A DNA stretch of 64,000 nucleotides. Origin: an uncultured Clostridia bacterium (GTDB lineage Bacteria > Bacillota > Clostridia > Christensenellales > UBA1242). The notes under the pieces were generated by a model. The model saw nothing but the letters and a program-made list of their open reading frames with translations. It was not told the origin of the DNA and did no database searches. A program made the translations under genes and the position numbers. The stretch is from assembly GCA_944372445.1 (NCBI GenBank), contig CALVZE010000001.1, positions 50,199 through 114,198 on the forward strand. Direction: 5' to 3'. Each line of letters opens with the position of its first letter. Position 1 is the first letter of the stretch. Shown piece by piece: positions 20,532-30,085 of this stretch.

Positions 20532-21347
20532 TTAATCCTCCGAAAACCTTATTTTTCTCGTTTTAGAAATTCTTTTAAAAGGCGTTCCGCTTCTTTTTAA
20601 TATTTCCTCAGCCAAACTTAGATACGCCTCGGCACCCTTAGAATTAGCATCATACAGTGCCACAGGCAAGCCATGACTTGGCGCTTCCGCCAATCTGACA
20701 TTTCTAGGAATAGTTGTGACATAAACTTTTTTGCTGAAAAACTTAATAATCTCGTTACTTACCTGATTTGTTAAATTATATCTTTTATCCTTCATAGTCA
20801 TAACAACGCCCTCAATGTCGATATCAGGATTGAGATATTCCTTTACAAGCTTTATTGTGTTCATAAGCTGTGTTAAGCCCTCAAGTGCAAAGAATTCACA
20901 TTGAATAGGTATAATAACACTGTCGGTTGCGGTTAAAGCGTTGACAGTGATAAGCCCTAGCGATGGCGGACAGTCAATTAAGATAAAATCATAACTATCT
21001 TTTATTTCAGACAGCAAGTTCTTAATTATTTTCTCTCTTTGTGGTATTTGGATTAATTCTACCTCAGCGCCAGCCAAGTCGACAGTCGAAGGGATTATAA
21101 AGAGGTTGTCTACGATAGTCGGCTTTATAACCTCATCAAAGGAACCCTCTCCATCTATCAAGTCATAAATCGTCTTTAAATCTTTCGCCTTGCGTATGCC
21201 AACACCGCTTGTTGCGTTCCCTTGTGGGTCCAAGTCAAGAATCAAAATCTTTTTGCCCATCATAGCCATATAAGCAGCCACGTTGACGCAAGTTGTCGTT
21301 TTTCCTACACCACCTTTTTGATTTGCAAAAGCTATAATTTTTCCCAT
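20532..21347 (-). CDS. parA: Chromosome partitioning ATPase ParA/Soj
   Basis: Deviant Walker A motif NQKGGVGKTTT. Sits immediately upstream of parB. Confidence 0.95.
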   Translation of the reverse strand: MGKIIAFANQKGGVGKTTTCVNVAAYMAMMGKKILILDLDPQGNATSGVGIRKAKDLKTIYDLIDGEGSFDEVIKPTIVDNLFIIPSTVDLAGAEVELIQIPQREKIIKNLLSEIKDSYDFILIDCPPSLGLITVNALTATDSVIIPIQCEFFALEGLTQLMNTIKLVKEYLNPDIDIEGVVMTMKDKRYNLTNQVSNEIIKFFSKKVYVTTIPRNVRLAEAPSHGLPVALYDANSKGAEAYLSLAEEILKRSGTPFKRISKTRKIRFSED

Positions 21348-21516
21348 AGTATCTTCCTTTTACCTAATTATACATTAAACTTCAAAAAAAATAAAGAAAA
21401 TTAATGAATAAATTAAAATTTTATGCTATTAAAATTCTAATATCGCGTAATTTTTATTTTTTTTATATTATTTTTAGTTTTTTTATATGTTTTTGTTATT
21501 TTTATAAATCGAAAAG

Positions 21517-22203
21517 TTATAAAGGTTTTAATTTAGGCAAGTTTTTTCCACGAGGATATTTTTCGTTAGTCTTTTCTGTCTTTTCAACAATCAATATCTT
21601 TCTAGAAGCGTCACCAAGCTCATATTCCAAAACTTTTACTATTTTGACCGATAATATTTCCATAGCTTTTTTTGCTTCAACAATTTCTTCTTCTAGTTTT
21701 TGCGATTTATAAATTAAACACCTACCGCCCACCTTTAAATAGGGAACCATGTATTCAAGCAATGTGTTTAAAGGAGCTACCGCCCGCGCAACCGCAAAAT
21801 CATAACTTTCTCTATTCTCTTTAATGAAATCTTCTGCTCGTGCATGCACCGCTTTTATATCACCAAGATTAAGCAATATAAAAAGTTCATTTAAAAAATT
21901 AACTCTTTTATTTAAACTGTCCACCAAAGTAAATTTAAGGTCAGAACGAACAATTTTTAACGGAACAGCAGGGAAGCCCGCCCCACTTCCTATATCTATA
22001 ATTTTTGCGTTTTCTGTAATTTCGCTTTCGGGCAAAACACTATCTAAAAAATGCTTGTAAAAAACTTCTTCTTTTGAGGTGGTAGCGGTAAGATTATATT
22101 TTTGATTTTCGCTTACAAGAAAATCATAATATTTCAAAAACTGCCTTTCTTGTTCTTCAGATAAGACGATTTTGTGTTTTTCAAATATCTCTTTTATTTC
22201 CAT
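21517..22203 (-). CDS. rsmG: 16S rRNA (guanine527-N7)-methyltransferase RsmG/GidB
   Basis: SAM-binding motif DIGSGAGFPAVPLKI. Conserved position after mnmG. Confidence 0.92.
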   Translation of the reverse strand: MEIKEIFEKHKIVLSEEQERQFLKYYDFLVSENQKYNLTATTSKEEVFYKHFLDSVLPESEITENAKIIDIGSGAGFPAVPLKIVRSDLKFTLVDSLNKRVNFLNELFILLNLGDIKAVHARAEDFIKENRESYDFAVARAVAPLNTLLEYMVPYLKVGGRCLIYKSQKLEEEIVEAKKAMEILSVKIVKVLEYELGDASRKILIVEKTEKTNEKYPRGKNLPKLKPL

Positions 22204-22206
22204 TTT

Positions 22207-24060
22207 CTACCCCTTCTTTGCCTTTTTAACATATATTGACAACACAGAAATATCTGCGGGAGAAACGCCGGAAATTCTTGAAGCTTGCCCGATATTCAAA
22301 GGTCTAATTTTCATAAGTTTTTCTTTCGCCTCCTGCCTCAATCCTTTAATACTTAGATAGTCAAAATCCTCTGGAATTAATATTTTTTCGCTCAATAGCG
22401 CCTTTTCAATATCTTCTTCTTGCTGTTTTAGATACCCCTCGTATTTAATATTGATATTAACCTTTTCTAAGATGTCATTGTCATAATTTTGAAAATCGCC
22501 AAAATAATCTTTTATGTCAAATATATCAATATTCACCCTTTTTAGCATATCTCTATATCTAACACTCTCTTTTGGCACGCTTTCGTCGTGGTTTTTATAA
22601 AATTCTATAAGCCTATCGTCCAGCTTGACCTTTGTAGATAACTTGTCTTCAATCTCCTTCATTTTTCTCTTCTTTTCCAAAAAAATGTTATACCTTTCAT
22701 CGCTGACAAGTCCTACGCGTCTTCCTATATCGGTGAGCCTTAAATCTGCATTATCTTGCCTAAGCTTTAAGCGATATTCCGCCCGACTCGTCATCATTCG
22801 ATACGGCTCATTTGTGCCTTTTGTGACAATATCATCAATTAACACGCCGATATATGCGTCACTTCTTTTTAGCACCAACATCTCCTTGCCTTGAAGGTAA
22901 AGCCCGGCATTTATACCCGCCACAATACCCTGCGCGCCCGCCTCTTCATATCCACTTGTTCCATTTATTTGACCGGCAAAAAACAAGCCTTTTATTTTTT
23001 TAAGTTCAAGCGTTGGATTAAGTTCTGTTGGATTTATGCAATCATATTCGATAGCATAGGCATCACGCATAATCTCTGCATTTTCAAGACCTATAACACT
23101 CTCCACCATTTCCTTTTGAATATCGGCTGGCATAGAAGTAGAAAAACCTTGAAGATACATCTCGTCTGTGTTTTCTGCCTCTGGCTCTAAGAAAAGTTGA
23201 TGCCTGTCTTTGTCTGCAAATCTGACAACTTTTGTTTCAATTGACGGGCAATATCTCGGACCCACACCCACTATTTCACCAGAAATCGCCGGCGCTTTAT
23301 CAAGGTTATCTCTTATTATTTCATGTGTTTTTGAGGTGGTATAAGTGAGATAGCATTTTTCTTTGTTCTCAATTTTTCCCTTTTTTAGATAGGAAAAGCC
23401 ACAAACATCATCTCCTACCTGCTCCTCCATTTTAGAAAAATCGACACTGCGCCTATGCACTCTCACAGGCGTTCCTGTCTTAAATCGCATAAGTTCTAGT
23501 CCTAGTTTTTGAAGCGATGAAGACAAACCTTGGCTATTTTTAAAGCCATTAGGACCTGTCTTTTCTCTCGTCTTGCCGATAATGATCTCGCTTTCAAGAT
23601 AGACTCCTGTTGCAAGCACAACCGCTTTTGCCTCATATTTTAAACCTACCTTTGTGGTGATAATTTTGTTTTCTCCGTCAAGCGAAATATCAACCACCTC
23701 GCCTTGTCTTAGCGTTAAATTCTTTTCCTTTTCAAGCGCTTTTTTCATTTCCATGTGATACGCATTTTTATCCGCCTGCACACGCAAACTTTGAACCGCT
23801 GGACCTTTCCCGCGATTTAGCATTCTTATCTGCAACGCCGTCTTATCGGCAATAATTCCCATTTCACCACCGAGCGCGTCAATCTCACTCACTAACTGAC
23901 CTTTTGCTGTTCCACCAATGGAAGGATTGCATGCCAAAAAAGCGACAGCATCTAAACTTATCGTCAATAAAAGTGTTTTGTTTCCCATTCGTGCAAGAGC
24001 AAGCCCAGCTTCGCACCCAGCATGACCAGCACCTATAACAATAGCGTCAAACTTTTCCAT
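22207..24060 (-). CDS. mnmG: tRNA uridine 5-carboxymethylaminomethyl modification enzyme MnmG/GidA
   Basis: N-terminal FAD fold DAIVIGAGHAGCEA; full-length 617-aa homolog pattern. Confidence 0.95.
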   Translation of the reverse strand: MEKFDAIVIGAGHAGCEAGLALARMGNKTLLLTISLDAVAFLACNPSIGGTAKGQLVSEIDALGGEMGIIADKTALQIRMLNRGKGPAVQSLRVQADKNAYHMEMKKALEKEKNLTLRQGEVVDISLDGENKIITTKVGLKYEAKAVVLATGVYLESEIIIGKTREKTGPNGFKNSQGLSSSLQKLGLELMRFKTGTPVRVHRRSVDFSKMEEQVGDDVCGFSYLKKGKIENKEKCYLTYTTSKTHEIIRDNLDKAPAISGEIVGVGPRYCPSIETKVVRFADKDRHQLFLEPEAENTDEMYLQGFSTSMPADIQKEMVESVIGLENAEIMRDAYAIEYDCINPTELNPTLELKKIKGLFFAGQINGTSGYEEAGAQGIVAGINAGLYLQGKEMLVLKRSDAYIGVLIDDIVTKGTNEPYRMMTSRAEYRLKLRQDNADLRLTDIGRRVGLVSDERYNIFLEKKRKMKEIEDKLSTKVKLDDRLIEFYKNHDESVPKESVRYRDMLKRVNIDIFDIKDYFGDFQNYDNDILEKVNINIKYEGYLKQQEEDIEKALLSEKILIPEDFDYLSIKGLRQEAKEKLMKIRPLNIGQASRISGVSPADISVLSIYVKKAKKG

Positions 24061-24061
24061 A

Positions 24062-25387
24062 TCATTTCCCCAAGCAGAACTTTGAAAAGATGAGGGTGAT
24101 TATATCCTCATTTTCCGTATTTCCGGTAATTTTTCCAAGTTCATTCCATAAATTTTTCACCAGCATAGCGATGACATCGACAGACAAATCTTTGGCATTC
24201 AAAATCTTCTGCATCCATTCGTCACACTTGTTTAAAATGTTTAATTGTCTTTCATTGGTAAGCACAAGCGCATTTGTGTCTATTCCTTTTCCAATAATCT
24301 CCTCTACTATTTTATCTTTTAAAACTTCTATGTTTTTCATTGTGAGCGCAGAGATTTCAAGTTCATTTTCTTTATGTTTTATTTTACGCGGTTTGTCAGA
24401 CTTGTTTATGAGATTTATAACAACTTTGCCATTAATCTTCTTTTCAAGTTTCAAATCTTCCTCAGTTTCCTGCACGCTTCCATCTCGCACGAAAAGCACT
24501 AAATCCGCCCGGTCTATTGACGACAAACTTCTTTCAATACCTAATTTTTCCACGACGTCTTGAGTTTCTCTGATACCCGCAGTATCTATAAGATTGATTT
24601 TAATCCCCTTATGCATAAAACTTTCTTTTAGACTATCTCTTGTCGTTCCCTCGATGTCTGTGACGATGGCGCGCTCCTCTCCAAGTAACGCATTTAAAAC
24701 AGAGCTTTTCCCAACATTTGCCCTGCCAACAATTGCCACATTTATACCATTTTTTAAGTATATTGCACCCTTTGAATTTTCAATAATTTCCTTATTTATT
24801 TTGCTTATTTTGCCGATTACATCAAATATTTTTTCTTTGACAATTTCTTCATAATCGTATTCAGGGTAATCGAAAGACACCTCTATTTCTGCCAAAAGTT
24901 CAGTTAATTTTTCTTGCTCATTTTTAACTTTCTCTGCCAATTTTCCATTTGTGATTTGCAGTGAGGAATTAAGTTCAGCTTCACTCTCAGCATTTATCTC
25001 TCCAATAATCGCTTCTGCCTTGTCCAAGGTGATTTTTCCATTTAAAAAAGCACGCTTTGAAAATTCTCCTGGCTCCGCCATATGACACCCATATTTTAAG
25101 CAAACTTCTAAAACTTTTTGTGCAAGCAAAACTCCGCCATGAATTTGAAATTCCACAATATCTTCTCCCGTATAAGAAAAAGGAGCTTTAAAATATACCA
25201 TCAAACACTCTTCAAATACATTATTTTCAATTTCCAATTTACCAAAGTGCATATATCTAGGTTTAATTTCCTTCTGTTTTGTATGAAAAAATTTAAGCGC
25301 TATGCCCAAACTGTCTTTACCGCTCATTCTAACAATACTTATTGCTCCCGTGCCAAGAGGGGTAGAAATTGAAACTATACTATCCAT
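24062..25387 (-). CDS. mnmE: tRNA modification GTPase MnmE/TrmE
   Basis: G-domain motif GRANVGKSS, DTAGIR, and the C-terminal CLGK tetrapeptide. Confidence 0.95.
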   Translation of the reverse strand: MDSIVSISTPLGTGAISIVRMSGKDSLGIALKFFHTKQKEIKPRYMHFGKLEIENNVFEECLMVYFKAPFSYTGEDIVEFQIHGGVLLAQKVLEVCLKYGCHMAEPGEFSKRAFLNGKITLDKAEAIIGEINAESEAELNSSLQITNGKLAEKVKNEQEKLTELLAEIEVSFDYPEYDYEEIVKEKIFDVIGKISKINKEIIENSKGAIYLKNGINVAIVGRANVGKSSVLNALLGEERAIVTDIEGTTRDSLKESFMHKGIKINLIDTAGIRETQDVVEKLGIERSLSSIDRADLVLFVRDGSVQETEEDLKLEKKINGKVVINLINKSDKPRKIKHKENELEISALTMKNIEVLKDKIVEEIIGKGIDTNALVLTNERQLNILNKCDEWMQKILNAKDLSVDVIAMLVKNLWNELGKITGNTENEDIITLIFSKFCLGK

Positions 25388-25625
25388 ATGTTTATTATAT
25401 CATCTTTTTCAATATTTTGCAAGAAGTTAGTATTGACAAATAGATGGAAGTTTTATCTATAATGAGAAAATTTAAAATTTATATTTTTTACTCTAAAATT
25501 TATAAAAAATAAAAATATATCAAAAAAATAATAAAAAACGCATTTTTTATTATTTTTAATTAATTTTTTATTAATTTTTCTTCTTTTTAATATTTTTGTG
25601 TTTATTTTTAGTTTTATTTTAAAAT

Positions 25626-26714
25626 TTATTTAATTTTTATAATTTTTCCGTCAGAAATTAAAAATTCTTTTCCTATTAGATTTTTATTTTCAGTGGTAGA
25701 GATGAATGTTTGAGTTCGGCTGGCAAATTTAAGCAATCTTTCTTGCCTATCACTATCTAATTCACTAAACACATCGTCGAGCATAAGAATAGGATATTCT
25801 CCCACTTCGTTATACATATTTTCTAATTCAGCAAGCTTCAAAGAAAGTGCCACCGTTCGCTGTTGTCCTTGCGAACCGAAGTTTTTAACTTCCACACCAT
25901 TTAAAAATATATCTATGTCATCTCTATGCACTCCGAGCGAAGTGTATCCAAGTTTAAAATCTTTTTCCAAATTCTTTTTTAATAGTTTGTTAAAATTTTC
26001 TTCAAATTTTTCATCAAGATTGACCCCACAGCCAGAAATATAGCGAAGTTCTACCTCCTCCTTTCCTCCACTTAAATAGCCCTGTGCCTTTTGCGTGTAT
26101 GGAGCAATTGACCTAACAAACTTATCTCTTTCAAAAGCTATCTTTTTTGCAGACTGAATGAGTGCTCTATCCCAAATATCCACCGTTTCTTTAACAACAT
26201 TTATATTGTCGCTATTTTTTAAAAGCTTATTTCTGTTTCCTAATATCTTTTCATATCGTGAAAGTTGATAAAAATAACGCCTGTTCATTTGTGATATGTC
26301 TATATCCATAAATTTTCGTCTTTCTTCCGGACTTTCTTTGACGAGTTTTAACTCGTTTGGAGAAAAAAAGACAATATTTATCTCACCGATAAGTTCTCCT
26401 ATCTTTTTAATAGGTAAATTGTTAACCAAAACCGTCTTTTTTGACTTTTTAGAAAATTTTACCTCCACTTTAAGCGTTCTATACTTTTTTTCTGCTTCTA
26501 AACAAATATAAGCCTCTTCACTGTTCCATTTTATAATATCTCTATCTTTTATAGATTTAAAACTTTTACCTATACAACAATAATATATACTTTCAAGCAA
26601 ATTAGTCTTCCCTTGTGCATTCTTTCCAACAAATATATTAAGCGAATTGCCAAAATTCACTTCCAAATCGTCATAATTTCTAAAATTCTTTAACTTTAAA
26701 GTGTTAATTTTCAT
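25626..26714 (-). CDS. recF: DNA replication and repair protein RecF
   Basis: N-terminal LKLKNFRNY...GKNAQGKTNLLESI Walker A and a C-terminal LLDDVFSELD signature. Confidence 0.93.
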   Translation of the reverse strand: MKINTLKLKNFRNYDDLEVNFGNSLNIFVGKNAQGKTNLLESIYYCCIGKSFKSIKDRDIIKWNSEEAYICLEAEKKYRTLKVEVKFSKKSKKTVLVNNLPIKKIGELIGEINIVFFSPNELKLVKESPEERRKFMDIDISQMNRRYFYQLSRYEKILGNRNKLLKNSDNINVVKETVDIWDRALIQSAKKIAFERDKFVRSIAPYTQKAQGYLSGGKEEVELRYISGCGVNLDEKFEENFNKLLKKNLEKDFKLGYTSLGVHRDDIDIFLNGVEVKNFGSQGQQRTVALSLKLAELENMYNEVGEYPILMLDDVFSELDSDRQERLLKFASRTQTFISTTENKNLIGKEFLISDGKIIKIK

Positions 26715-26913
26715 ACCTTAACTATTATACCATAAAATTTACATATATAAAAGTGTTTTCAATAACTTTCCTATTATATTATATATAATATATATTATAT
26801 AATATATATACATATATATAAGGCAGTATCATTTCATAAATTTTAGAAAGCTCAATTAAGTAAGCCTTGAAAATTAAAAATATATATTTTTGTTATAAAA
26901 TTTTCAAAAAAAG

Positions 26914-26942
26914 TTGAAAAAAAGTTATAAAATTGATATAAT
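26914..26942 (+). promoter_or_regulatory. dnaA promoter candidate
   Basis: TTGAAA, a 17-nt spacer, then an extended -10 (TGaTATAAT), about 30 nt upstream of the dnaA ATG. Confidence 0.5.
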
Positions 26943-26972
26943 TTACTTGAATAACAAAAAGAGAGGTGTAAA

Positions 26973-28316
26973 ATGCAAGATATAGAAACAATATGGAAAC
27001 AAATTTTAGAAAAGCTTGAACTTAGAATTTCATCTGTTTCTTTTATGCTTTGGATAAAAACTATCAAACCTCTTGAAATTGATGAGAATGGAAATTTTAT
27101 TTTAGTTGCTCAATCAGTCACAGCAAAAAATCAAATACTAAGAAATTTTCTAGACAAAATTGATGATTGTGCAAATGAAGTAACGGGAAAAAGTTTTAAA
27201 ATTACCATACTTGACCAAAACGAAGAAGTGGAATATTTAAAAAATAACAAAGTTGATGAGAAAAACACTTCAAAAAATGAAGAAAAATCGCCTTTTAAAG
27301 AAAAATTTACTTTCGACAACTTTGTTGTCGGTAAAAGTAACCAATTCGTCTACGCAGCAGCGCGCACAGTTGCAGAACATCCTGGAAAGAGATATAACCC
27401 TCTTTTTATATATGGCGGTGTTGGTCTAGGCAAGACACACCTACTTCATGCAATTGGAAATTATATACACGAATTTTCTCCAAATCTAAAAATCATGTAT
27501 GTGACATGTGAACAGTTTACAAACGACTATATCGCTTCATTGTATTCTCCGACCAAAAACAAATCCATAATGGAATTTAGAGGAAAGTATCGAAACCTTG
27601 ATGTATTGATGGTGGACGACATTCAATTCATCTCACGCGGAAAAGAAACGCAAGAAGAATTTTTCCACACCTTTAACGAACTCATTATGAATAATAAACA
27701 AATTATCATATGTTCTGACCGTCCTCCTAAGGATATAGAAACACTTGAAGACAGACTTCGTTCGCGTTTTTCCTCTGGACTTATTCATGACATACAAGCA
27801 CCTGACATAGAAACAAGGATTGCTATTCTTCATAAAAAGAGTCAGCTTGAAAAATACTACGCCGAAGATGAAGTTATCAACTACATCGCCGAGCGCGTAG
27901 ATACAAACATAAGAGAATTAGAAGGAAAACTTAGCGAGGTTTATTTTTTAGCAACTTTAAACGGTAAAAAAGTTGCCACCATGGAAGAAGCAAAGGAAGT
28001 CTTTACAAAAGAACCAAAAGAGGAAATCAAAAACGACCTCAACGTAGACAAGATTATAAGCACGGTTTGCGACTATTTCAATATCGGCTACCAAGACATC
28101 ATCGGCAAAAAGAAAAATAAAGAAGTTGTCGAACCTAGAATGATTGCCATCTACCTTATCAGCGAGCTTTTAAATCTTCCCCTTGTCAATATTGGTAAAA
28201 TCTTTGGCGGGCGTGACCATACCACAATTATGCATTCGCGCGACAAGATAACTGAGGAGTTAAAGACAAACAAGAAGATACAAAACTTAGTGAGCGACAT
28301 TAAAAACATGTTATAA
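26973..28316 (+). CDS. dnaA: Chromosomal replication initiator DnaA
   Basis: AAA+ motif GGVGLGKTHLLHAIGN and a C-terminal DNA-binding domain (...GGRDHTTIMHSRDKI). Confidence 0.97.
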   Translation: MQDIETIWKQILEKLELRISSVSFMLWIKTIKPLEIDENGNFILVAQSVTAKNQILRNFLDKIDDCANEVTGKSFKITILDQNEEVEYLKNNKVDEKNTSKNEEKSPFKEKFTFDNFVVGKSNQFVYAAARTVAEHPGKRYNPLFIYGGVGLGKTHLLHAIGNYIHEFSPNLKIMYVTCEQFTNDYIASLYSPTKNKSIMEFRGKYRNLDVLMVDDIQFISRGKETQEEFFHTFNELIMNNKQIIICSDRPPKDIETLEDRLRSRFSSGLIHDIQAPDIETRIAILHKKSQLEKYYAEDEVINYIAERVDTNIRELEGKLSEVYFLATLNGKKVATMEEAKEVFTKEPKEEIKNDLNVDKIISTVCDYFNIGYQDIIGKKKNKEVVEPRMIAIYLISELLNLPLVNIGKIFGGRDHTTIMHSRDKITEELKTNKKIQNLVSDIKNML

Positions 28317-28511
28317 ATGAATTTTTATTCAAAATCTATAAGACTATTTCTTATAGGTTTTATTTTTACTGCACTATTTTTTATAAAAATTTTGATTTTT
28401 TTAGATTTTTGGCTATTTTTTTTACATATTTTATTCTTTTTTTTATTTGTTGCTATGTATTTTTATGCACTAATATACAGAAATCTTGTCAAATCTTATG
28501 ACATATTTTAA
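28317..28511 (+). CDS. Possible 64-aa very hydrophobic small membrane protein (doubtful)
   Basis: The ATG abuts the dnaA stop (TAAATG) and the ORF ends 2 nt before the hairpin terminator at 28514. The DNA is extremely T-rich and there is no RBS, so the ORF may be chance. Confidence 0.25.
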   Translation: MNFYSKSIRLFLIGFIFTALFFIKILIFLDFWLFFLHILFFFLFVAMYFYALIYRNLVKSYDIF

Positions 28512-28513
28512 AA

Positions 28514-28535
28514 CACAGGCACTGCCTGTTTTTGG
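28514..28535 (+). terminator. Hairpin plus T-run downstream of dnaA
   Basis: CACAGGCAcTGCCTGTTTTTGG. The same hairpin recurs at 57698. Confidence 0.55.
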
Positions 28536-28602
28536 CCATATATTTTACTGCATTTTCTTAGATCCTTCGACAGGCTCGCTAACGCTCACGGCTCAGGATG
28601 AC
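28514..28602 (+). repeat. About 90-bp repeated module, copy A (hairpin plus AGATCCTTCGAC...GCTCAGGATGAC core)
   Basis: Aligns by eye to 57698-57791 at roughly 80% identity. Confidence 0.75.
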
Positions 28603-28693
28603 ATCAAACTATATTGCAATATTTTTTGACATAAATTCTTTATCTTGTCTTTTTACTTTGTTATAATAGAACTCTTCTTTACAGCTTTTTACC

Positions 28694-28873
28694 TTATCCA
28701 CATAAGTTTTCCCCAAAAAGTCCGCCTTTTTAGTGGACTTGTGGACAACACTTACCACATATCCACAAAAATATCCACATTAATTAAACACTAAATATTG
28801 AGGGTTTTCTTGTTTTTCTTCAATGTTTTAATCTAAATGTGGAAAAACTAGAAAAGTTATCCACATATCCACA
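28694..28873. promoter_or_regulatory. oriC DnaA-box cluster (7 boxes)
   Basis: Perfect TTATCCACA at 28694 and 28857. One-mismatch boxes at 28740 (reverse strand, TTGTCCACA), 28759, 28771, 28838 (reverse strand, TTTTCCACA) and 28865. Confidence 0.85.
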
Positions 28874-28926
28874 GCCATAATTAATAATATTATTATGCTA
28901 TAAATTAATTAATTTAATTATTTTAG
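28874..28926. other. AT-rich DNA-unwinding element candidate of oriC
   Basis: 53 bp with only 6 G/C, immediately 3' of the last DnaA boxes. It begins with the trinucleotide-periodic tract ATAATTAATAATATTATTAT. Confidence 0.55.
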
Positions 28927-28955
28927 TTGCGCACACGCGGATTTTATGATATAAT
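28927..28955 (+). promoter_or_regulatory. dnaN promoter candidate
   Basis: TTGCGC, a 17-nt spacer, then TGaTATAAT. Confidence 0.45.
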
Positions 28956-28984
28956 ACTTTAAACTAAAAAATAAAGGAGATATC

Positions 28985-30085
28985 ATGTTAGTAAGTTGTC
29001 ATGGAGTGGAACTTTCAGATGCTTTTCTGAGCGTCAGCAAAGCAATTTCTAATAAAGTTACCAACCCGATTTTAGAAGGTATTAAAATTACAGCCGAGGA
29101 TGACACTTTGACGCTAAGTGCCACAGATAGCGACCTTTCCATTGAAAGAAAGATTAAAGCAAACATTAAAGCGGAGGGTGAAGCAGTCGTTCCAGGTAAA
29201 TTCATCACCGAATTTATTAAGAAGTTGACAAATGAGATGATTGAACTTGAACTTAACGACAAAAATCAGATGCTTATTCGTTATGATGACAGCCATAGTA
29301 TCATACAATGCTATAATGTTTTGGAATATCCATCTTTCAAAAAGTTGGAAAGTAGCGATTATTTTGCTATCAGCAAAAAAGATTTGAAAACGATAATAAA
29401 TAAAACGCGCTTTTCTGTTGCCATAGACGATTCAAGGCCGATTCTTAAAGGAGTGCTTTTTGATATTGATAAAAATGAGTTAAATGCGGTGGCTCTCGAT
29501 GGATATCGTCTTGCCAAGGTTAAAAAGCATATTCGTTCAGATTTGAAGATGAATATTGTTATTCCTGCTAGAAGCTTAGATGAAATTTCAAGACTATTAG
29601 ACGATAGCGAAGATTTAATAAATATTTATGTGGATAAAAGCACTTTGATGGTGGATTTCGGCGAAACAAAACTGACCACTCGTCTTATTGAGGGCGACTT
29701 TGTCAATTACAAGCAAATAATTTCAGCCAACTATGAAACGATATGTATAATTAATAAATCTCAGTTTGAAGATGCCTTAGAGAGAGCTTCTCTTCTTTCG
29801 AAAGTCGGGCAGGGAAATTGCGTTAAATTTGAAATAAAAGAAAAAAATCTTTGCATAACTTCAAATTCTGAGATAGGTAACGTGAAAGAAAATGTGCCAA
29901 CCAACACCAGCGGAAAAGATTTAGTTATAGCCTTTAATGCTAGGTATTTTATTGAGTCACTAAGAGCAAATCAAGACGAATTTGTTAAAATATGCTTTAA
30001 TTCTCCAGCCAACCCTTGCGTTATTGTGCCTGTTGAAGGCGATGAGTTTTTGTATCTAATCCTTCCTGTTCGAATGATAGGGTAA
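28985..30085 (+). CDS. dnaN: DNA polymerase III beta sliding clamp DnaN
   Basis: 366 aa with a three-domain clamp pattern, directly after dnaA/oriC. RBS is AAGGAG. Confidence 0.95.
   Translation: MLVSCHGVELSDAFLSVSKAISNKVTNPILEGIKITAEDDTLTLSATDSDLSIERKIKANIKAEGEAVVPGKFITEFIKKLTNEMIELELNDKNQMLIRYDDSHSIIQCYNVLEYPSFKKLESSDYFAISKKDLKTIINKTRFSVAIDDSRPILKGVLFDIDKNELNAVALDGYRLAKVKKHIRSDLKMNIVIPARSLDEISRLLDDSEDLINIYVDKSTLMVDFGETKLTTRLIEGDFVNYKQIISANYETICIINKSQFEDALERASLLSKVGQGNCVKFEIKEKNLCITSNSEIGNVKENVPTNTSGKDLVIAFNARYFIESLRANQDEFVKICFNSPANPCVIVPVEGDEFLYLILPVRMIG

Noticed and set aside
21404-21712. A 102-aa plus-strand ORF starting in the parA-rsmG spacer. Similar antisense ORFs occur inside mnmE, mnmG, recF, yidC, nrdD and the 970-aa gene.
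   Set aside because: These are low-complexity Phe/Ser/Ile-rich products antisense to well-supported genes, with no RBS. They are typical spurious ORFs in AT-rich DNA.
25433-25463. TTGACA ... TATAAT on the plus strand pointing into the 3' end of recF (a possible antisense promoter).
   Set aside because: The spacer is 19 nt, which is suboptimal. No downstream ORF or structure is present, and chance hexamers are expected in a spacer that looks about 85% AT by eye.
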